Positions 1 through 11,188 of a DNA stretch of 64,000 nucleotides are shown piece by piece. Position numbers and translations under genes: made by a program. This stretch comes from an uncultured Pseudomonadota bacterium (GTDB lineage Bacteria; Pseudomonadota; Gammaproteobacteria; Steroidobacterales; Steroidobacteraceae): the NCBI GenBank assembly GCA_963794975.1, contig CAWCGL010000009.1, positions 174,023 through 238,022 on the forward strand, read 5' to 3'. Numbering within the stretch: position 1 is the stretch's first letter; each line of letters opens with the position of its first letter. The notes beneath the pieces are model-generated. The model saw only the letters and a program-made list of their open reading frames with translations, did no database searches and was not told the origin of the DNA.

Positions 1-826
1 CATCCTGCGGGTGGCGCGCTTCGCGGCGCGCTACGCGGAGCTGGGCTTCCGCGTCGCCGACGAGACGCTTGCGCTCATGCGCCGCATGACCGAGGCCGGC
101 GAAGTGGCGGCGCTCGTGCCCGAGCGGGTCTGGCAGGAGACCGAGCGCGCGCTCGATGAGTCGCAACCGCAGGTCTACTTCGAGGTGCTGCGCGCCTGCG
201 GCGCGCTCGCGGTGATATTCCCCGAGATCGACGCCCTCTACGGGGTACCGCAGCCGCCGCGCTGGCATCCGGAGGTCGATACCGGCGTGCACGTCATGCT
301 CACGCTGCGCTACGCAGCAGCGCACAACGCCCCGGCCACGGTGCGCTTCGCAGCGCTCACCCACGACCTGGGCAAGGCGCGCACGCCGCGTGAGCACTGG
401 CCCAGTCACCACGGCCACGAGGCACTCGGTGTGCCGCTGATCGAGGCGCTGTGCGATCGCCTCAAGGTGCCCAACGCCCAGCGGGAACTGGCCATCCTCA
501 CCGCGCGCGACCACACCCTGGTGCACCGCGCGCTGGAGCTCACCCCGGCCACGGTGCTGAAGCTGTTCGAGGGCTGCGATGCGTTCCGCCGCCCGGAGCG
601 CTTTGCCGAGCTGCTGCTCGCCTGCGAGGCCGATGCCCGCGGGCGCACCGGGCTGGAGGACCGACCCTATCCGCAGGCGGCGTACCTGCGTACGCTGCTC
701 GCGGCGGCCGCCGCGGTCACCCTCTCGGCGCAGGACCGTGCCGGGCTTGCAGGTGCTGCCATCGGCGAGGAGATCCGCCGCCGCCGGCTGGCCGCGATCG
801 CACCGCTGCGGGCCGCGCCGCCATAG
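1..826 (+). CDS. cca: CCA-adding tRNA nucleotidyltransferase, C-terminal part (5' end outside window)
   Basis: The reading frame is open from the window edge (..ILRVARFAARYAELGF..). The HD-domain signature RFAALTHDLGK and surrounding sequence match the phosphohydrolase half of bacterial CCA-adding enzymes. Confidence 0.85.
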   Translation, partial: ILRVARFAARYAELGFRVADETLALMRRMTEAGEVAALVPERVWQETERALDESQPQVYFEVLRACGALAVIFPEIDALYGVPQPPRWHPEVDTGVHVMLTLRYAAAHNAPATVRFAALTHDLGKARTPREHWPSHHGHEALGVPLIEALCDRLKVPNAQRELAILTARDHTLVHRALELTPATVLKLFEGCDAFRRPERFAELLLACEADARGRTGLEDRPYPQAAYLRTLLAAAAAVTLSAQDRAGLAGAAIGEEIRRRRLAAIAPLRAAPP

Positions 827-842
827 AGCAGGCGCGGCGCGC

Positions 843-1637
843 CTACTGCAGCGCCCCGCTCATCACCCCGGCCAGCAGCACCGCGCCGAGTGCGATGCGA
901 TACCAGGCGAAGACCGTGAAGCGGTGCGTCTGCACGTAGCGCAGCAGCCACTTCACGGCGATGAAGGCGACCACGCCCGAGACCACGAAGCCGACCAGCA
1001 GCGCGTTCCAGTCCTCGCCGGCGCTCTGGTGCCGCACCTTGAGCAGCTCGTAGCCGGTGGCGGCGAACATGGTCGGGATGCCGACCAGGAAGGCGAACTC
1101 GGTGGCCGCGGGGCGGAACGTCAGCCCCACCAGCATGGCCGCGAAGATCGTCGCCGCCGAGCGTGAGGTGCCGGGGAAAATCGCCGCCAGGATCTGGCAG
1201 GCACCGACCACGATCGCGACTTTCCAGGTCACGACCGAGGAGGCTGGCTTGCCGGCGACGTAGCTCTCGATGACCAGGATCGCGATACCGCCGATCAGCA
1301 GCGCCAGGGCGACAGGCAGGATGGTCTCGGGAAGTTTCCACCCGGCCTTCGTGGCAATGAAGCCGAAGGTGCTGGTGATCAGGAAGGCGACCACCAGCTT
1401 CGCCAGGTAGTCGCGGTTGGCCGGATCACCGTAACGCGTGAGCAGCGCGACGATCCGCCGCCAGTAGATCAGCACGATGGCGAGGATCGCCCCGGCCTGG
1501 ATGGCCACGTTGAACAGCTCCGAGCGGTGACCGAGCCAGCGCTCGGCGATCAGCAGGTGCCCGGTGCTGGAGATGGGCAAGAACTCGGTGATGCCCTCGA
1601 TGATGCCGAGGATGACGGTGTTCAGGATGTCAGACAC
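843..1637 (-). CDS. uppP: undecaprenyl-diphosphate phosphatase
   Basis: 264-aa polytopic membrane protein. The N-terminus MSDILNTVILGIIEGITEFLPISSTGHL is the conserved UppP/BacA signature. Confidence 0.9.
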   Translation of the reverse strand: MSDILNTVILGIIEGITEFLPISSTGHLLIAERWLGHRSELFNVAIQAGAILAIVLIYWRRIVALLTRYGDPANRDYLAKLVVAFLITSTFGFIATKAGWKLPETILPVALALLIGGIAILVIESYVAGKPASSVVTWKVAIVVGACQILAAIFPGTSRSAATIFAAMLVGLTFRPAATEFAFLVGIPTMFAATGYELLKVRHQSAGEDWNALLVGFVVSGVVAFIAVKWLLRYVQTHRFTVFAWYRIALGAVLLAGVMSGALQ

Positions 1638-1706
1638 GTTTGCTTACACTCGTTGCGGCGACGGTGCGCCATCTTACCGATCCGGCGGCCCGGAAACGTG
1701 CGCCGG

Positions 1707-2891
1707 TCACAGCAGGTCGCGCAGGTCCTGCAGCGCGAAGCCACTCAGCGCGTCGTCCAGCCCGCGCGTCAGCGCCAGTGCCTTGAACGCCTCGCCCATC
1801 TCCTCGGGCATGATGAGGCGGCGCGCCTCCCCGGCCAGGCGCGCGCGCTCCAGCTCATCCGCCGCCGCGCCCACCATCTCTTCCAGTCCCGAGGCCAGGA
1901 GAAATGCCGCCTGGGTGGCAAATCCTGTGACCGCAAGGCCGGCATCGACGCCGGCCTGCGCCACGCGCGTGAAGTCGACCCAGGCGGTGATGTCCTGCAC
2001 GCCTACGTTCACGTACGGGTCATCGTGCACGCGCTGCCGGAAGTGGCAGCGCAGCGTGCCGCTCACGCGCTGCGGATGGTAGTAGTGGCGCTGCGTGAGC
2101 CCGTAGTCCAGCAGCAGCAGTGCGCCGTGCCCGAGGCAATGCGCCAGGCTCGTGACCCACGGTCCGACGGTGAGGGACAACTCCGACGCGTAGCCCTGCG
2201 GCAGCGGCGCCGGCAGCGCGCCGGACACTTCCGCCCAAGCACGCAGCAGCGCCGGGTCCGGCTGCGATGCGCTCTCCTGGAACTCCCCCGCGCTGCCGAT
2301 GCTGACACCGAGCTCGGCAAGCGCGGCGCCCTGACGCAGGAAGCGCCGGCACGGCAGCGCGTCGGCGACCTCGTTGGCGAGGATCACGCCGTCGAGCGGC
2401 GCTTCCGGCAGGTGCTCGAGCCACACCACCCGCTCGCGCAGCTCGCGCGGCAGCTGGCCCAGGTGCTCGCGCTGGCGCGCGGCAAGATCGGCGCTGACCT
2501 CCAGGATCGCGTAGCGCTGTGGCAGCACCCCGCCGGCTGCCAGCTCGGTGAGCAGCCCTGCGGCCATCACCCCGGTGCCCGCTCCGAGCTCGAGGATCTG
2601 CCCGCCGGTGCGGCCGAGCACCTCCGCGCAGGTGCGCGCCAGACAGCGGCTGAACAGCCCGGACATCTGCGGCGCGGTGACGAAGTCCCCGCCGGGGCCG
2701 AGCTTGCGTGCGCCGGCGCTGTAGTAGCCGAGGCCCGGGGCGTACAGCGCCAGCGCCATGAAGCGCTCGAAGGACAGCCAGCCCCCGGCTGCGCGCACCT
2801 CCGCGCGGATCAGCTCGGCCAGGGCATCGCTGTGGCGGCGTTCCTCCGCCGACAGCGGCGGCAGCATTGAGCGAGGCGCCGATGTCGTCAT
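1707..2891 (-). CDS. SAM-dependent methyltransferase, MidA/DUF185 (NDUFAF7-like) family
   Basis: 394 aa. The motifs YYSAGARKLGPGGDFVTAPQMSGLF and ILELGAGTGVMA (SAM-binding loop) are typical of MidA-family proteins. Confidence 0.8.
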   Translation of the reverse strand: MTTSAPRSMLPPLSAEERRHSDALAELIRAEVRAAGGWLSFERFMALALYAPGLGYYSAGARKLGPGGDFVTAPQMSGLFSRCLARTCAEVLGRTGGQILELGAGTGVMAAGLLTELAAGGVLPQRYAILEVSADLAARQREHLGQLPRELRERVVWLEHLPEAPLDGVILANEVADALPCRRFLRQGAALAELGVSIGSAGEFQESASQPDPALLRAWAEVSGALPAPLPQGYASELSLTVGPWVTSLAHCLGHGALLLLDYGLTQRHYYHPQRVSGTLRCHFRQRVHDDPYVNVGVQDITAWVDFTRVAQAGVDAGLAVTGFATQAAFLLASGLEEMVGAAADELERARLAGEARRLIMPEEMGEAFKALALTRGLDDALSGFALQDLRDLL

Positions 2892-2902
2892 AATCGGCTC
2901 CC

Positions 2903-3674
2903 ATGACCGAGCCCACGCCCCCCGGCGAAGCCGCAGTGCTTGCCGGCAAGACCGTCCTGATCACCGGCGCCGCCAAGCGCGTGGGCGCTGAGATCGCGCG
3001 CCTCATGCACGCCAGCGGCGCGAACCTGGTGCTGCACTACCGCAGCTCCGCCGAGGACGCCGCGGCCCTGGAGCGCGAACTCAACGAGGCCCGCCCGGGG
3101 TCGGCGCTGTGCGCGGAGTGCGACCTGCTCGAGGTGGCGCAGCTGCCGGGCCTGGTGGCGCGCGCGGTCGATGGCTTCGGCGGCCTCGACGTGCTCATCA
3201 ACAATGCCTCGACGTTCTTCCCCACCCCGGTGGGCGATATCACCGAGATCGACTGGGACGACCTTTTGGGCACCAACCTCAAGGCGCCGCTGTTCCTGTC
3301 GCAGGCTGCCGCCCCGGCCCTGCAGGCAGCGCGGCGGGCTGATCATCAACATCGCCGACATCCACGGCATGCGCCCCCTGCGCCGCTATCCGGTGTACAG
3401 CGTCGCCAAGGCGGGGCTGATCATGCTCACCAAGTCCCTCGCCCGTGAGCTCGGTCCGCAGGTGCGCGTGAACGCGGTCGCGCCCGGACCGGTGATGTGG
3501 CCGGCCGACGGGCTGGACGCGGCGCTGCAGGAAAAGATCATCAGCCGCACGGCGCTCAGGCGCCCGGGAAGCGCCGCGGAGGTCGCGCGCGCCTGCCTGT
3601 TCTTCGCCAGCGAGGCCGCCTACATCACCGGCCAGGTGATCGCGGTGGACGGCGGGCGCAGCATCGGCTGGTGA
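2903..3674 (+). pseudogene. short-chain dehydrogenase, pteridine/dihydromonapterin reductase-like (FolM-like), broken by a +1 frameshift near 3326-3338
   Basis: The N-terminal half (ORF 2903..3448: GKTVLITGAAKRVGAEIA...LINNAS) and the C-terminal half (ORF 3171..3674: GGLIINIADIHG...YSVAKAGLIMLTKSLARELGP...ITGQVIAVDGG) together form one SDR in two frames. The total span is 772 nt (3n+1). Confidence 0.75.
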
Positions 3675-3687
3675 CACATCGCACCTG

Positions 3688-4171
3688 CTAGGGACTGATC
3701 TGCCTGAGCGGATGCGCGGCCTGGTCAAAGCGCCGCCACAGCTCCCCGATGGTGACGCCGGCGGTCGGGTGCATGACCTCGGGGGCGAGCGCCGCCAGCG
3801 GCCCCAGCATGTAGGCGCGCCGGGTGAGGTCGGGGCGCGGCAGCTTCACGCTCGCCTCGTCGCACACCGTCTGGCCAAACAGCAGCACGTCCAGGTCCAT
3901 CGAGCGCGGCGCCCAGCGCGGCGCACCGCGCGGCCTGCCGCACTCGGTCTCGATGGCGTGCAGCTGCGCCAGCACCTGCGTGAGCGGCAGCTCGGTGGTG
4001 AAGCCGGCCACCAGGTTGATGAAGTCATCGCCGCTGAAGCCGGCGGCCTGGTTCTCGATACCAGGGCGAGAGGCGCACGTCGGGAAAGGCGCGCTGCAGC
4101 GCCGCCACCGCGCGCGCGAGGTTCTTGCGCGGCTCGATGTTGCTGCCGGCGGCGACGTAGACCTCGGTCAC
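3688..4171 (-). pseudogene. folK: 2-amino-4-hydroxy-6-hydroxymethyldihydropteridine pyrophosphokinase (HPPK), broken by a +1 frameshift near 4071-4077
   Basis: A GTG at 4171 gives VTEVYVAAGSNIEPRKNLARAVAALQRAFPDVRLSP. The next frame continues PGIENQAAGFSGDDFINLVAGFTTELPL...RWAPRSMDLDVLLFG, which is the HPPK core. The span is 484 nt (3n+1) and the break lies at a CCC/GGG run. Confidence 0.8.
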
Positions 4172-4172
4172 C

Positions 4173-4574
4173 TCAGCTCCGCGGCGCGGCCGCGGCAAGA
4201 TCTGCGCGCACCCGCTCGATGGTGACGCCCACGTCGCGCGAGCCGCGGATCGCGCCGGGCTTGTTGACCGAGATGCGCACCCAGGGCAGCGCGAACTCCT
4301 CGAGGACGGTCAGCGCCAGGCGATGCGCCAGGGTCTCTACGAGCTTGAACTCGGAAGCCTCGATGAAGCTGAGCACGCGCTTGGCGACCTTCTTGTAGTC
4401 GAGCGTGTCGGTCACCTCGTCGCTCGCGGCGGCGCGCGCGCAGTCCACCGGCAGCTCAAGATCGAGCACCACGGTCTGCTTGACGCGCCGCTCCCAGTCG
4501 ATGAAGCCGATGATGCACTCGCTGGTCAGCCCGCGCAGGAAGATGCGGTCGCCGCTGTGGAGGGTGTTGGTCAT
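4173..4574 (-). CDS. folB: dihydroneopterin aldolase
   Basis: 133 aa starting MTNTLHSGDRIFLRGLTSECIIGFIDWERRVKQTVVLDLEL, ending VNKPGAIRGSRDVGVTIER. The stop lies 1 nt from the folK GTG. The longer 289-aa ORF in the track is a shadow extension into tsaD. Confidence 0.85.
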   Translation of the reverse strand: MTNTLHSGDRIFLRGLTSECIIGFIDWERRVKQTVVLDLELPVDCARAAASDEVTDTLDYKKVAKRVLSFIEASEFKLVETLAHRLALTVLEEFALPWVRISVNKPGAIRGSRDVGVTIERVRADLAAAAPRS

Positions 4575-4600
4575 GTGTGGGGGAGCTTGGGGGTTGAGGG

Positions 4601-5629
4601 TCAGTCTTGCGCCACCGCCGGCAGCGACTCGAGCGGCCACTGCGCGCGCGCCTGGATCGCCAGGGTGTCGTGCTGGCCGGCCGCCAGGCGCGCCAGGCCC
4701 GCGACCGCGATCATCGCTGCGTTGTCGGTGGAGAACTCGATGCGCGGATAGTACACGCGTGCCCCGCGCGCGCCGACCGCTGCGGCCAGGCGCGTGCGCA
4801 GCGTGCGGTTGGCGCTCACCCCGCCGGAGACCACCAGCACCTGATGGTCGGTCTCCTCCAGCGCGCGCAACGACTTGGCGATCAGGGTGTCGACGATGGC
4901 ATCCTCGACGCCGCGCGCCACGTCCGCGCGCTGCGCGCCGCTGAGGTCCCTGCCGCGCACCGCCTGCAGCACCGCGGTCTTCAGGCCCGAGAAGCTGAAC
5001 TCCAGGCCCGGCCGGTCGAGCATCGGCCGCGGGAACTCGCACGCCCCGGCGCGGCCTTCGCCGGCGAGCTGCGCCAGCAGTGGGCCGCCCGGGTACGGCA
5101 GGCCGAGCAGCTTCGCGGTCTTGTCGAAGGCCTCCCCGGCCGCATCATCGCGGCTGGCACCGAGCAGGCGGTAGGAGCCGATGCGGGATACTTCTATAAG
5201 GAGCGTGTGCCCGCCGGAGACCAGCAGCGCGACATGGGGAAAGGGCGGCGGCTCTGCCTCCAGCAACGGGGCGAGCAGGTGCCCCTCGAGGTGGTGCACC
5301 CCGATGGAGGGAATGCCCCAGCCGAAGGCGAGACTGCGGCCGAGAGCCGCACCGGTCAGCAGGGCCCCGATCAGCCCGGGCCCTGCCGTATAGGCCACCC
5401 CGGAGAGCTGCCCGGGCGCGGTCGCGGCGGCGGCCAGCGTGCTGTGCACCAGGGGGAGCAGGCGCCGGACGTGGTCCCGGGAGGCGAGCTCCGGCACTAC
5501 CCCGCCGTAGGCGCGGTGCAGCTCGACCTGGCTGAAAAGCTCGTGCGCCAGCAGTCCGGACGCACTGTCCAGCACCGCCACGGCGCTCTCGTCACAGGAG
5601 GATTCCAGGGCCAGGATCCGCATAGCCAA
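4601..5629 (-). CDS. tsaD: tRNA N6-adenosine threonylcarbamoyltransferase
   Basis: 342 aa. [31 protein letters not shown] and GGVSAN are Kae1/TsaD signatures. The gene is divergent from rpsU, as in many proteobacteria. Confidence 0.92.
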   Translation of the reverse strand: MAMRILALESSCDESAVAVLDSASGLLAHELFSQVELHRAYGGVVPELASRDHVRRLLPLVHSTLAAAATAPGQLSGVAYTAGPGLIGALLTGAALGRSLAFGWGIPSIGVHHLEGHLLAPLLEAEPPPFPHVALLVSGGHTLLIEVSRIGSYRLLGASRDDAAGEAFDKTAKLLGLPYPGGPLLAQLAGEGRAGACEFPRPMLDRPGLEFSFSGLKTAVLQAVRGRDLSGAQRADVARGVEDAIVDTLIAKSLRALEETDHQVLVVSGGVSANRTLRTRLAAAVGARGARVYYPRIEFSTDNAAMIAVAGLARLAAGQHDTLAIQARAQWPLESLPAVAQD

Positions 5630-5644
5630 AAATTGTAGTGGTTT

Positions 5645-5673
5645 TTGCCTTTGCCCCGGGGCTCCTTTAGAAT
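5645..5673 (+). promoter_or_regulatory. candidate sigma-70 promoter of the rpsU operon (-35 TTGCCT, 17-bp spacer, -10 TAGAAT)
   Basis: TTGCCT sits at 5645-5650 and TAGAAT at 5668-5673, about 85 bp upstream of the rpsU ATG, in the tsaD/rpsU divergent intergenic region. Confidence 0.4.
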
Positions 5674-5757
5674 CCCCCGCCCCCGACTGGCCGCCTGTTT
5701 TACGGCGCGGTTCGCCGGTCAGGTGAGATCCAACCGCTCAATAATCTTGAGGTTTCG

Positions 5758-5967
5758 ATGCCGAGCGTCCGTGTCCGCGAGAACGAGTACTTTGATGCCG
5801 CCCTGCGGCGTTTTAAGCGTGCCTGCGAGAAGGCGGGCATCCTCACGGAGCTGCGACGTCGCGAGTTCTACGAGAAGCCGACGCAGGAGCGCAAGCGCAA
5901 GAAGGCCGCGGCCATCAAGCGCCACATGAAGCGCGTATCGCGCGACGGCATGCGCGCCCCCCGCTAA
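5758..5967 (+). CDS. rpsU: 30S ribosomal protein S21
   Basis: The 69-aa product [52 protein letters not shown] is a canonical S21. A GAGG Shine-Dalgarno lies upstream. Confidence 0.95.
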   Translation: MPSVRVRENEYFDAALRRFKRACEKAGILTELRRREFYEKPTQERKRKKAAAIKRHMKRVSRDGMRAPR

Positions 5968-5988
5968 AGGGATGCCGCGCAGCGGCGT

Positions 5989-6432
5989 ATGACGCTCAAG
6001 GACCGGATCACCGAGGATATGAAGACTGCGATGCGCTCCGGCGACAAGGAGCGGCTCGGCACGGTCCGCCTCGCGCTGGCCGCGATCAAGCAGCGCGAAG
6101 TCGACGAGCGCATCGTGCTCGATGACAGCCAGGTCCTCTCGGTCCTGGAGAAGATGATCAAGCAGCGCCGCGAGGCCATCACCCAGTTCGAAAGCGGCGG
6201 CCGCGCCGACCTGGTCGCCAAGGAAAATAGCGAGATCACCGTGCTGCAGCACTACCTGCCCGCGCAGATGGACGCGGCCGCGGTGGATGCCCTGATCGCG
6301 CAGGCGATCGCCGAGAGCGGCGCCACCTCCATCAAGGACATGGGCAAGGTCATGGCCCTGGTGAAGCCCAAGGCCGCCGGCCGCACCGACATGGGCGCGG
6401 TCAGCGCGCGGATTAAGCAGAAACTGAGCTGA
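5989..6432 (+). CDS. GatB/YqeY domain-containing protein
   Basis: 147 aa. MTLKDRITEDMKTAMRSGDKERLGTVRLALAAIKQREVDE is typical of the YqeY family. It sits between rpsU and dnaG. Confidence 0.85.
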   Translation: MTLKDRITEDMKTAMRSGDKERLGTVRLALAAIKQREVDERIVLDDSQVLSVLEKMIKQRREAITQFESGGRADLVAKENSEITVLQHYLPAQMDAAAVDALIAQAIAESGATSIKDMGKVMALVKPKAAGRTDMGAVSARIKQKLS

Positions 6433-6450
6433 TTTCCCTGGTGTCGGGGC

Positions 6451-8307
6451 GTGCGCGCCCTGTCAGGCTTGCCTTCAGTTAGGTTCGCTCACCCGTACGG
6501 TCAGCACTTGGCACGCATCCCCCAGCACTTCATCGATGAGCTGATCGCCCGCGCCGACATCGTGGAGATCATCGGCGGGCGCGTGCAGCTGAAGAAGTCC
6601 GGCCGCGAGTACCGCGCCTGCTGCCCGTTCCACAACGAGAAGACGCCCTCGTTCTGGGTGAGCCCCGACAAGCAGTTCTATCACTGCTTCGGCTGCGGCG
6701 CGCACGGCACGGCGCTCGGCTTCCTCATGGAGCACGACCACATGGCCTTCCCGGAGGCGGTGGAGGAGCTGGCCACGCGCCTGGGCCTCGAGGTGCCGCA
6801 CGAGGGCGGCGCGGCCGGTCCCAAGCGCGCCGATGAGCCGCTGTACGAGCTGATGAAGAGTGTCGCCCGCTACTACGCGGAAGCCCTGGCGAAGGAGCCG
6901 CGCGCCCGCGACTACGTGGTGCGCCGCGGGCTCAGCCCCGAGACCTGCGAGCGCTTCGGCATCGGCTACGCGCCGAACTCCTGGAACGAGCTGCTGCGCC
7001 GCTTCGGCGGCAACGAGGCCGGCCGCAAGGCCCTGAGCGAGGCGGGCATGATCATCGAGCGCGAACGCGGCCAGGTGCGCGAGGGCGACCGCCACTACGA
7101 CCGCTTCCGCGACCGCCTCATGTTCCCGATCCGCGATGCCCGCGGGCGGGTGATCGCCTTCGGCGGGCGCATCATCGATGCCGGCGAGCCGAAGTACCTC
7201 AATTCCCCCGAGACCGTGCTGTTCCACAAGGGCCGCGAGCTGTACGGCCTGTACGAGACGCGCCGCGCGCGCACCAACCTTTCGCGCCTCCTGATCGTCG
7301 AAGGCTACATGGACACGGTGCGCCTGCATCAGGCCGGGATCGACTACGCGGTGGCCACCCTAGGCACCGCCACGACCCCGGAGCACCTGCGGCGCCTGTT
7401 CCGCCTGGTGCCCTCGGTGGTGTTCGCCTTCGACGGCGACCGCGCCGGCCGCGCGGCCGCCTGGCGCGCGCTGCAGCAGGCGCTGCCGGAGGTGCGCGAG
7501 GGCCGCGAGATCCGCTTCCTGTTCCTGCCCGACGGGCACGACCCGGACACGCTGGTGGGCGAGGAAGGCAAGGACGCCTTCGAGGCGCGGCTGCACGATG
7601 CGCTGCCGCTCTCGGAGTACCTGGTGCGCGAGCTGTCGCAGCAGAGCGAGCTCGGGCATGCCGACGGGCGCGCGCGCTTTGCCGAGCACGCGCGGCCGCT
7701 GTTCTTGAAGGTGCCCGAGGGGGTCTACCGGGAACTGTTGCTCGACCGACTGGCCGAGGTCGTAGGCCTCGGGCCACAGCGGCTGCGCGAACTGTGGATG
7801 CCCGGCGCCGCGCCGCCGGGCAACGCGGAGCCGCGCGCGCCCGCCGCGCGCCCGCGCAGCGCCACCGCCGCCGGCCGCGGCAGCCTGGTGCGCCAGGCGA
7901 TCGTGCGCCTGCTGCACTACCCGGCGATTGCCGCCGAGGTGAGCACGACGGAGCGCGCCGGGCTGGATGCCAGCGACGAGCCCGGGGTCGCCCTGCTGCG
8001 CGAGCTGATCGATGACCTGCGCGAGCGCCCGGCAACCATTGCCGCCCAGGTCGTGGAGCGCTGGAGCGACCGCGAGGGCGGGGAGTGGCTCAAGAAACTC
8101 CTCGAGCGCGAGGAGGTCATCACCTCCGCGGGGGTGGCGGCCGCGGAGCTGCGCGGGGCCCTGGGCCGACTGGCGGACCTGGCGGGGGCCCGGCGCCTGG
8201 AGGCGCTGGAGGCCAAAAGCCGTTCCGGGAGCCTGGAAGAGGCAGAACTTCAGGAATTTCAGGCACTTATTGTTAAACTAGGTCACCGCCGCACGGGTGG
8301 AGGCTAA
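6451..8307 (+). CDS. dnaG: DNA primase
   Basis: It has the zinc-binding motif CCPFHNEKTPSFWVSPDKQFYHCFGCGAHG and the TOPRIM region LLIVEGYMDTV...FDGDRAGRAAAWRA. An alternative in-frame TTG start at 6508 would give the usual (M)ARIPQHFIDEL N-terminus. Confidence 0.92.
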   Translation: MRALSGLPSVRFAHPYGQHLARIPQHFIDELIARADIVEIIGGRVQLKKSGREYRACCPFHNEKTPSFWVSPDKQFYHCFGCGAHGTALGFLMEHDHMAFPEAVEELATRLGLEVPHEGGAAGPKRADEPLYELMKSVARYYAEALAKEPRARDYVVRRGLSPETCERFGIGYAPNSWNELLRRFGGNEAGRKALSEAGMIIERERGQVREGDRHYDRFRDRLMFPIRDARGRVIAFGGRIIDAGEPKYLNSPETVLFHKGRELYGLYETRRARTNLSRLLIVEGYMDTVRLHQAGIDYAVATLGTATTPEHLRRLFRLVPSVVFAFDGDRAGRAAAWRALQQALPEVREGREIRFLFLPDGHDPDTLVGEEGKDAFEARLHDALPLSEYLVRELSQQSELGHADGRARFAEHARPLFLKVPEGVYRELLLDRLAEVVGLGPQRLRELWMPGAAPPGNAEPRAPAARPRSATAAGRGSLVRQAIVRLLHYPAIAAEVSTTERAGLDASDEPGVALLRELIDDLRERPATIAAQVVERWSDREGGEWLKKLLEREEVITSAGVAAAELRGALGRLADLAGARRLEALEAKSRSGSLEEAELQEFQALIVKLGHRRTGGG

Positions 8308-8424
8308 GTTAGATTTGGTGATTCCCGGCTGGTTGAATAAAATTGCCGGCTCTTTGCCCCTCCCCCTTGAGCCGGCCCGTATCGGGCAGCACATTAGGGG
8401 AATCCACCAGCGCGCCGCGAGTAC

Positions 8425-10566
<2,142 letters not shown>

Positions 10567-10590
10567 CGCTTCGGCTGCGCAAACGACAAA

Positions 10591-10627
10591 GGCCCGGTGC
10601 TGGCGACAGCACCGGGCCTTTTTCTTT
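10591..10627 (+). terminator. rho-independent terminator after rpoD
   Basis: A perfect 11-bp stem GGCCCGGTGCT/AGCACCGGGCC with a 6-nt loop is followed by TTTTTCTTT. It begins 25 nt after the rpoD stop. Confidence 0.65.
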
Positions 10628-10646
10628 GCGGACGGGGGCTGAGGGG

Positions 10647-10904
10647 CTAGAGGCCGGCCTTGCCGAGCGCGTCGATGACCTCGCGCAGCGTCTCGGCGAG
10701 CGCCGGGTGGCTCGCCTCGAACCTCACCGCCAGGGACTCCAGGCGCGGCGCAGGGGCGGCCCCGGCCGCGGTGCCCTGCCCGAGCTTGTACTCGATGTCG
10801 TGCATCAGCGAACTCAGCTGCTGCCGCGCATCACCGTCCACGGGCCCGGACCCCAGGTGCTCACGTACCCGTGCCAGCAGCTCGTGCAGACCGTTGTCGG
10901 CCAT
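10647..10904 (-). CDS. small hypothetical protein, DUF4404-like
   Basis: About 85 aa counted from MADNGLHELLARVREHLGS...LMHDIEYKL...ESLAVRFEASHPALAETLREVIDALGKAGL. The helical, conserved-looking termini resemble DUF4404. The family call is tentative. Confidence 0.5.
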   Translation of the reverse strand: MADNGLHELLARVREHLGSGPVDGDARQQLSSLMHDIEYKLGQGTAAGAAPAPRLESLAVRFEASHPALAETLREVIDALGKAGL

Positions 10905-10914
10905 CGGCAGCTCT

Positions 10915-11109
10915 TCAGCTGCCGACCGAGGCACTCAGCGCGCTTGCCAGCTGCGCATCCCCGCCGACGATGTCCTTCCAGGTCAGTTCCTTGCCCAGGC
11001 GCTTACCCTTCTCGGTGAGCTTCAAACCTTCCGGCGACAGCGTGACCATGTACGGCTTGCCGTCCACTTCGATCTCGCGCTTGAGCTGCTTGCTAAGTTT
11101 CGTAGCCAT
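10915..11109 (-). CDS. small hypothetical protein (64 aa, Lys-rich)
   Basis: MATKLSKQLKREIEVDGKPYMVTLSPEGLKLTEKGKRLGKELTWKDIVGG. The composition is non-shadow (K/E/L-rich in a GC-rich genome), and the gene lies 10 bp upstream of the next gene on the same strand. Confidence 0.45.
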   Translation of the reverse strand: MATKLSKQLKREIEVDGKPYMVTLSPEGLKLTEKGKRLGKELTWKDIVGGDAQLASALSASVGS

Positions 11110-11188
11110 TGCGTCCTCTCACTTACAAATCTGCTGCTGATGTTAACAGTGGCCGCCGGCGTTCACCGGCGGGGGGCAAAAACTAAGG

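Noticed and set aside
4575-5042. An N-terminal extension of the folB ORF (289-aa ORF 4173..5042). Analogous long upstream extensions occur on 26867..27883, 45701..47035, 46908..48500, 50072..50602, 61596..62675, 27559..30513 and 18800..19471.
   Set aside because: The extensions overlap neighbouring bona fide genes and are Arg/Pro/Gly-rich. In each case an internal start with the conserved family N-terminus, and usually a Shine-Dalgarno or start/stop overlap, is available.
8255-8290. TTCAGGAATTTCAGGCAC inside the 3' end of dnaG, which resembles the TTCAG direct-repeat motif found at 18493 and 19065.
   Set aside because: The spacing is different (9 rather than 11 bp), it lies within coding sequence (ELQEFQALIV), and it lacks the third element and flanking similarity. 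It is probably coincidental.
11110-11188. The hairpin CCGCCGG-cgttca-CCGGCGG between the GST gene and the small 64-aa gene, considered as a terminator.
   Set aside because: The T-run is on the wrong side for the minus-strand GST transcript, and there is only an A-run on the plus strand. It is not convincing as an intrinsic terminator.
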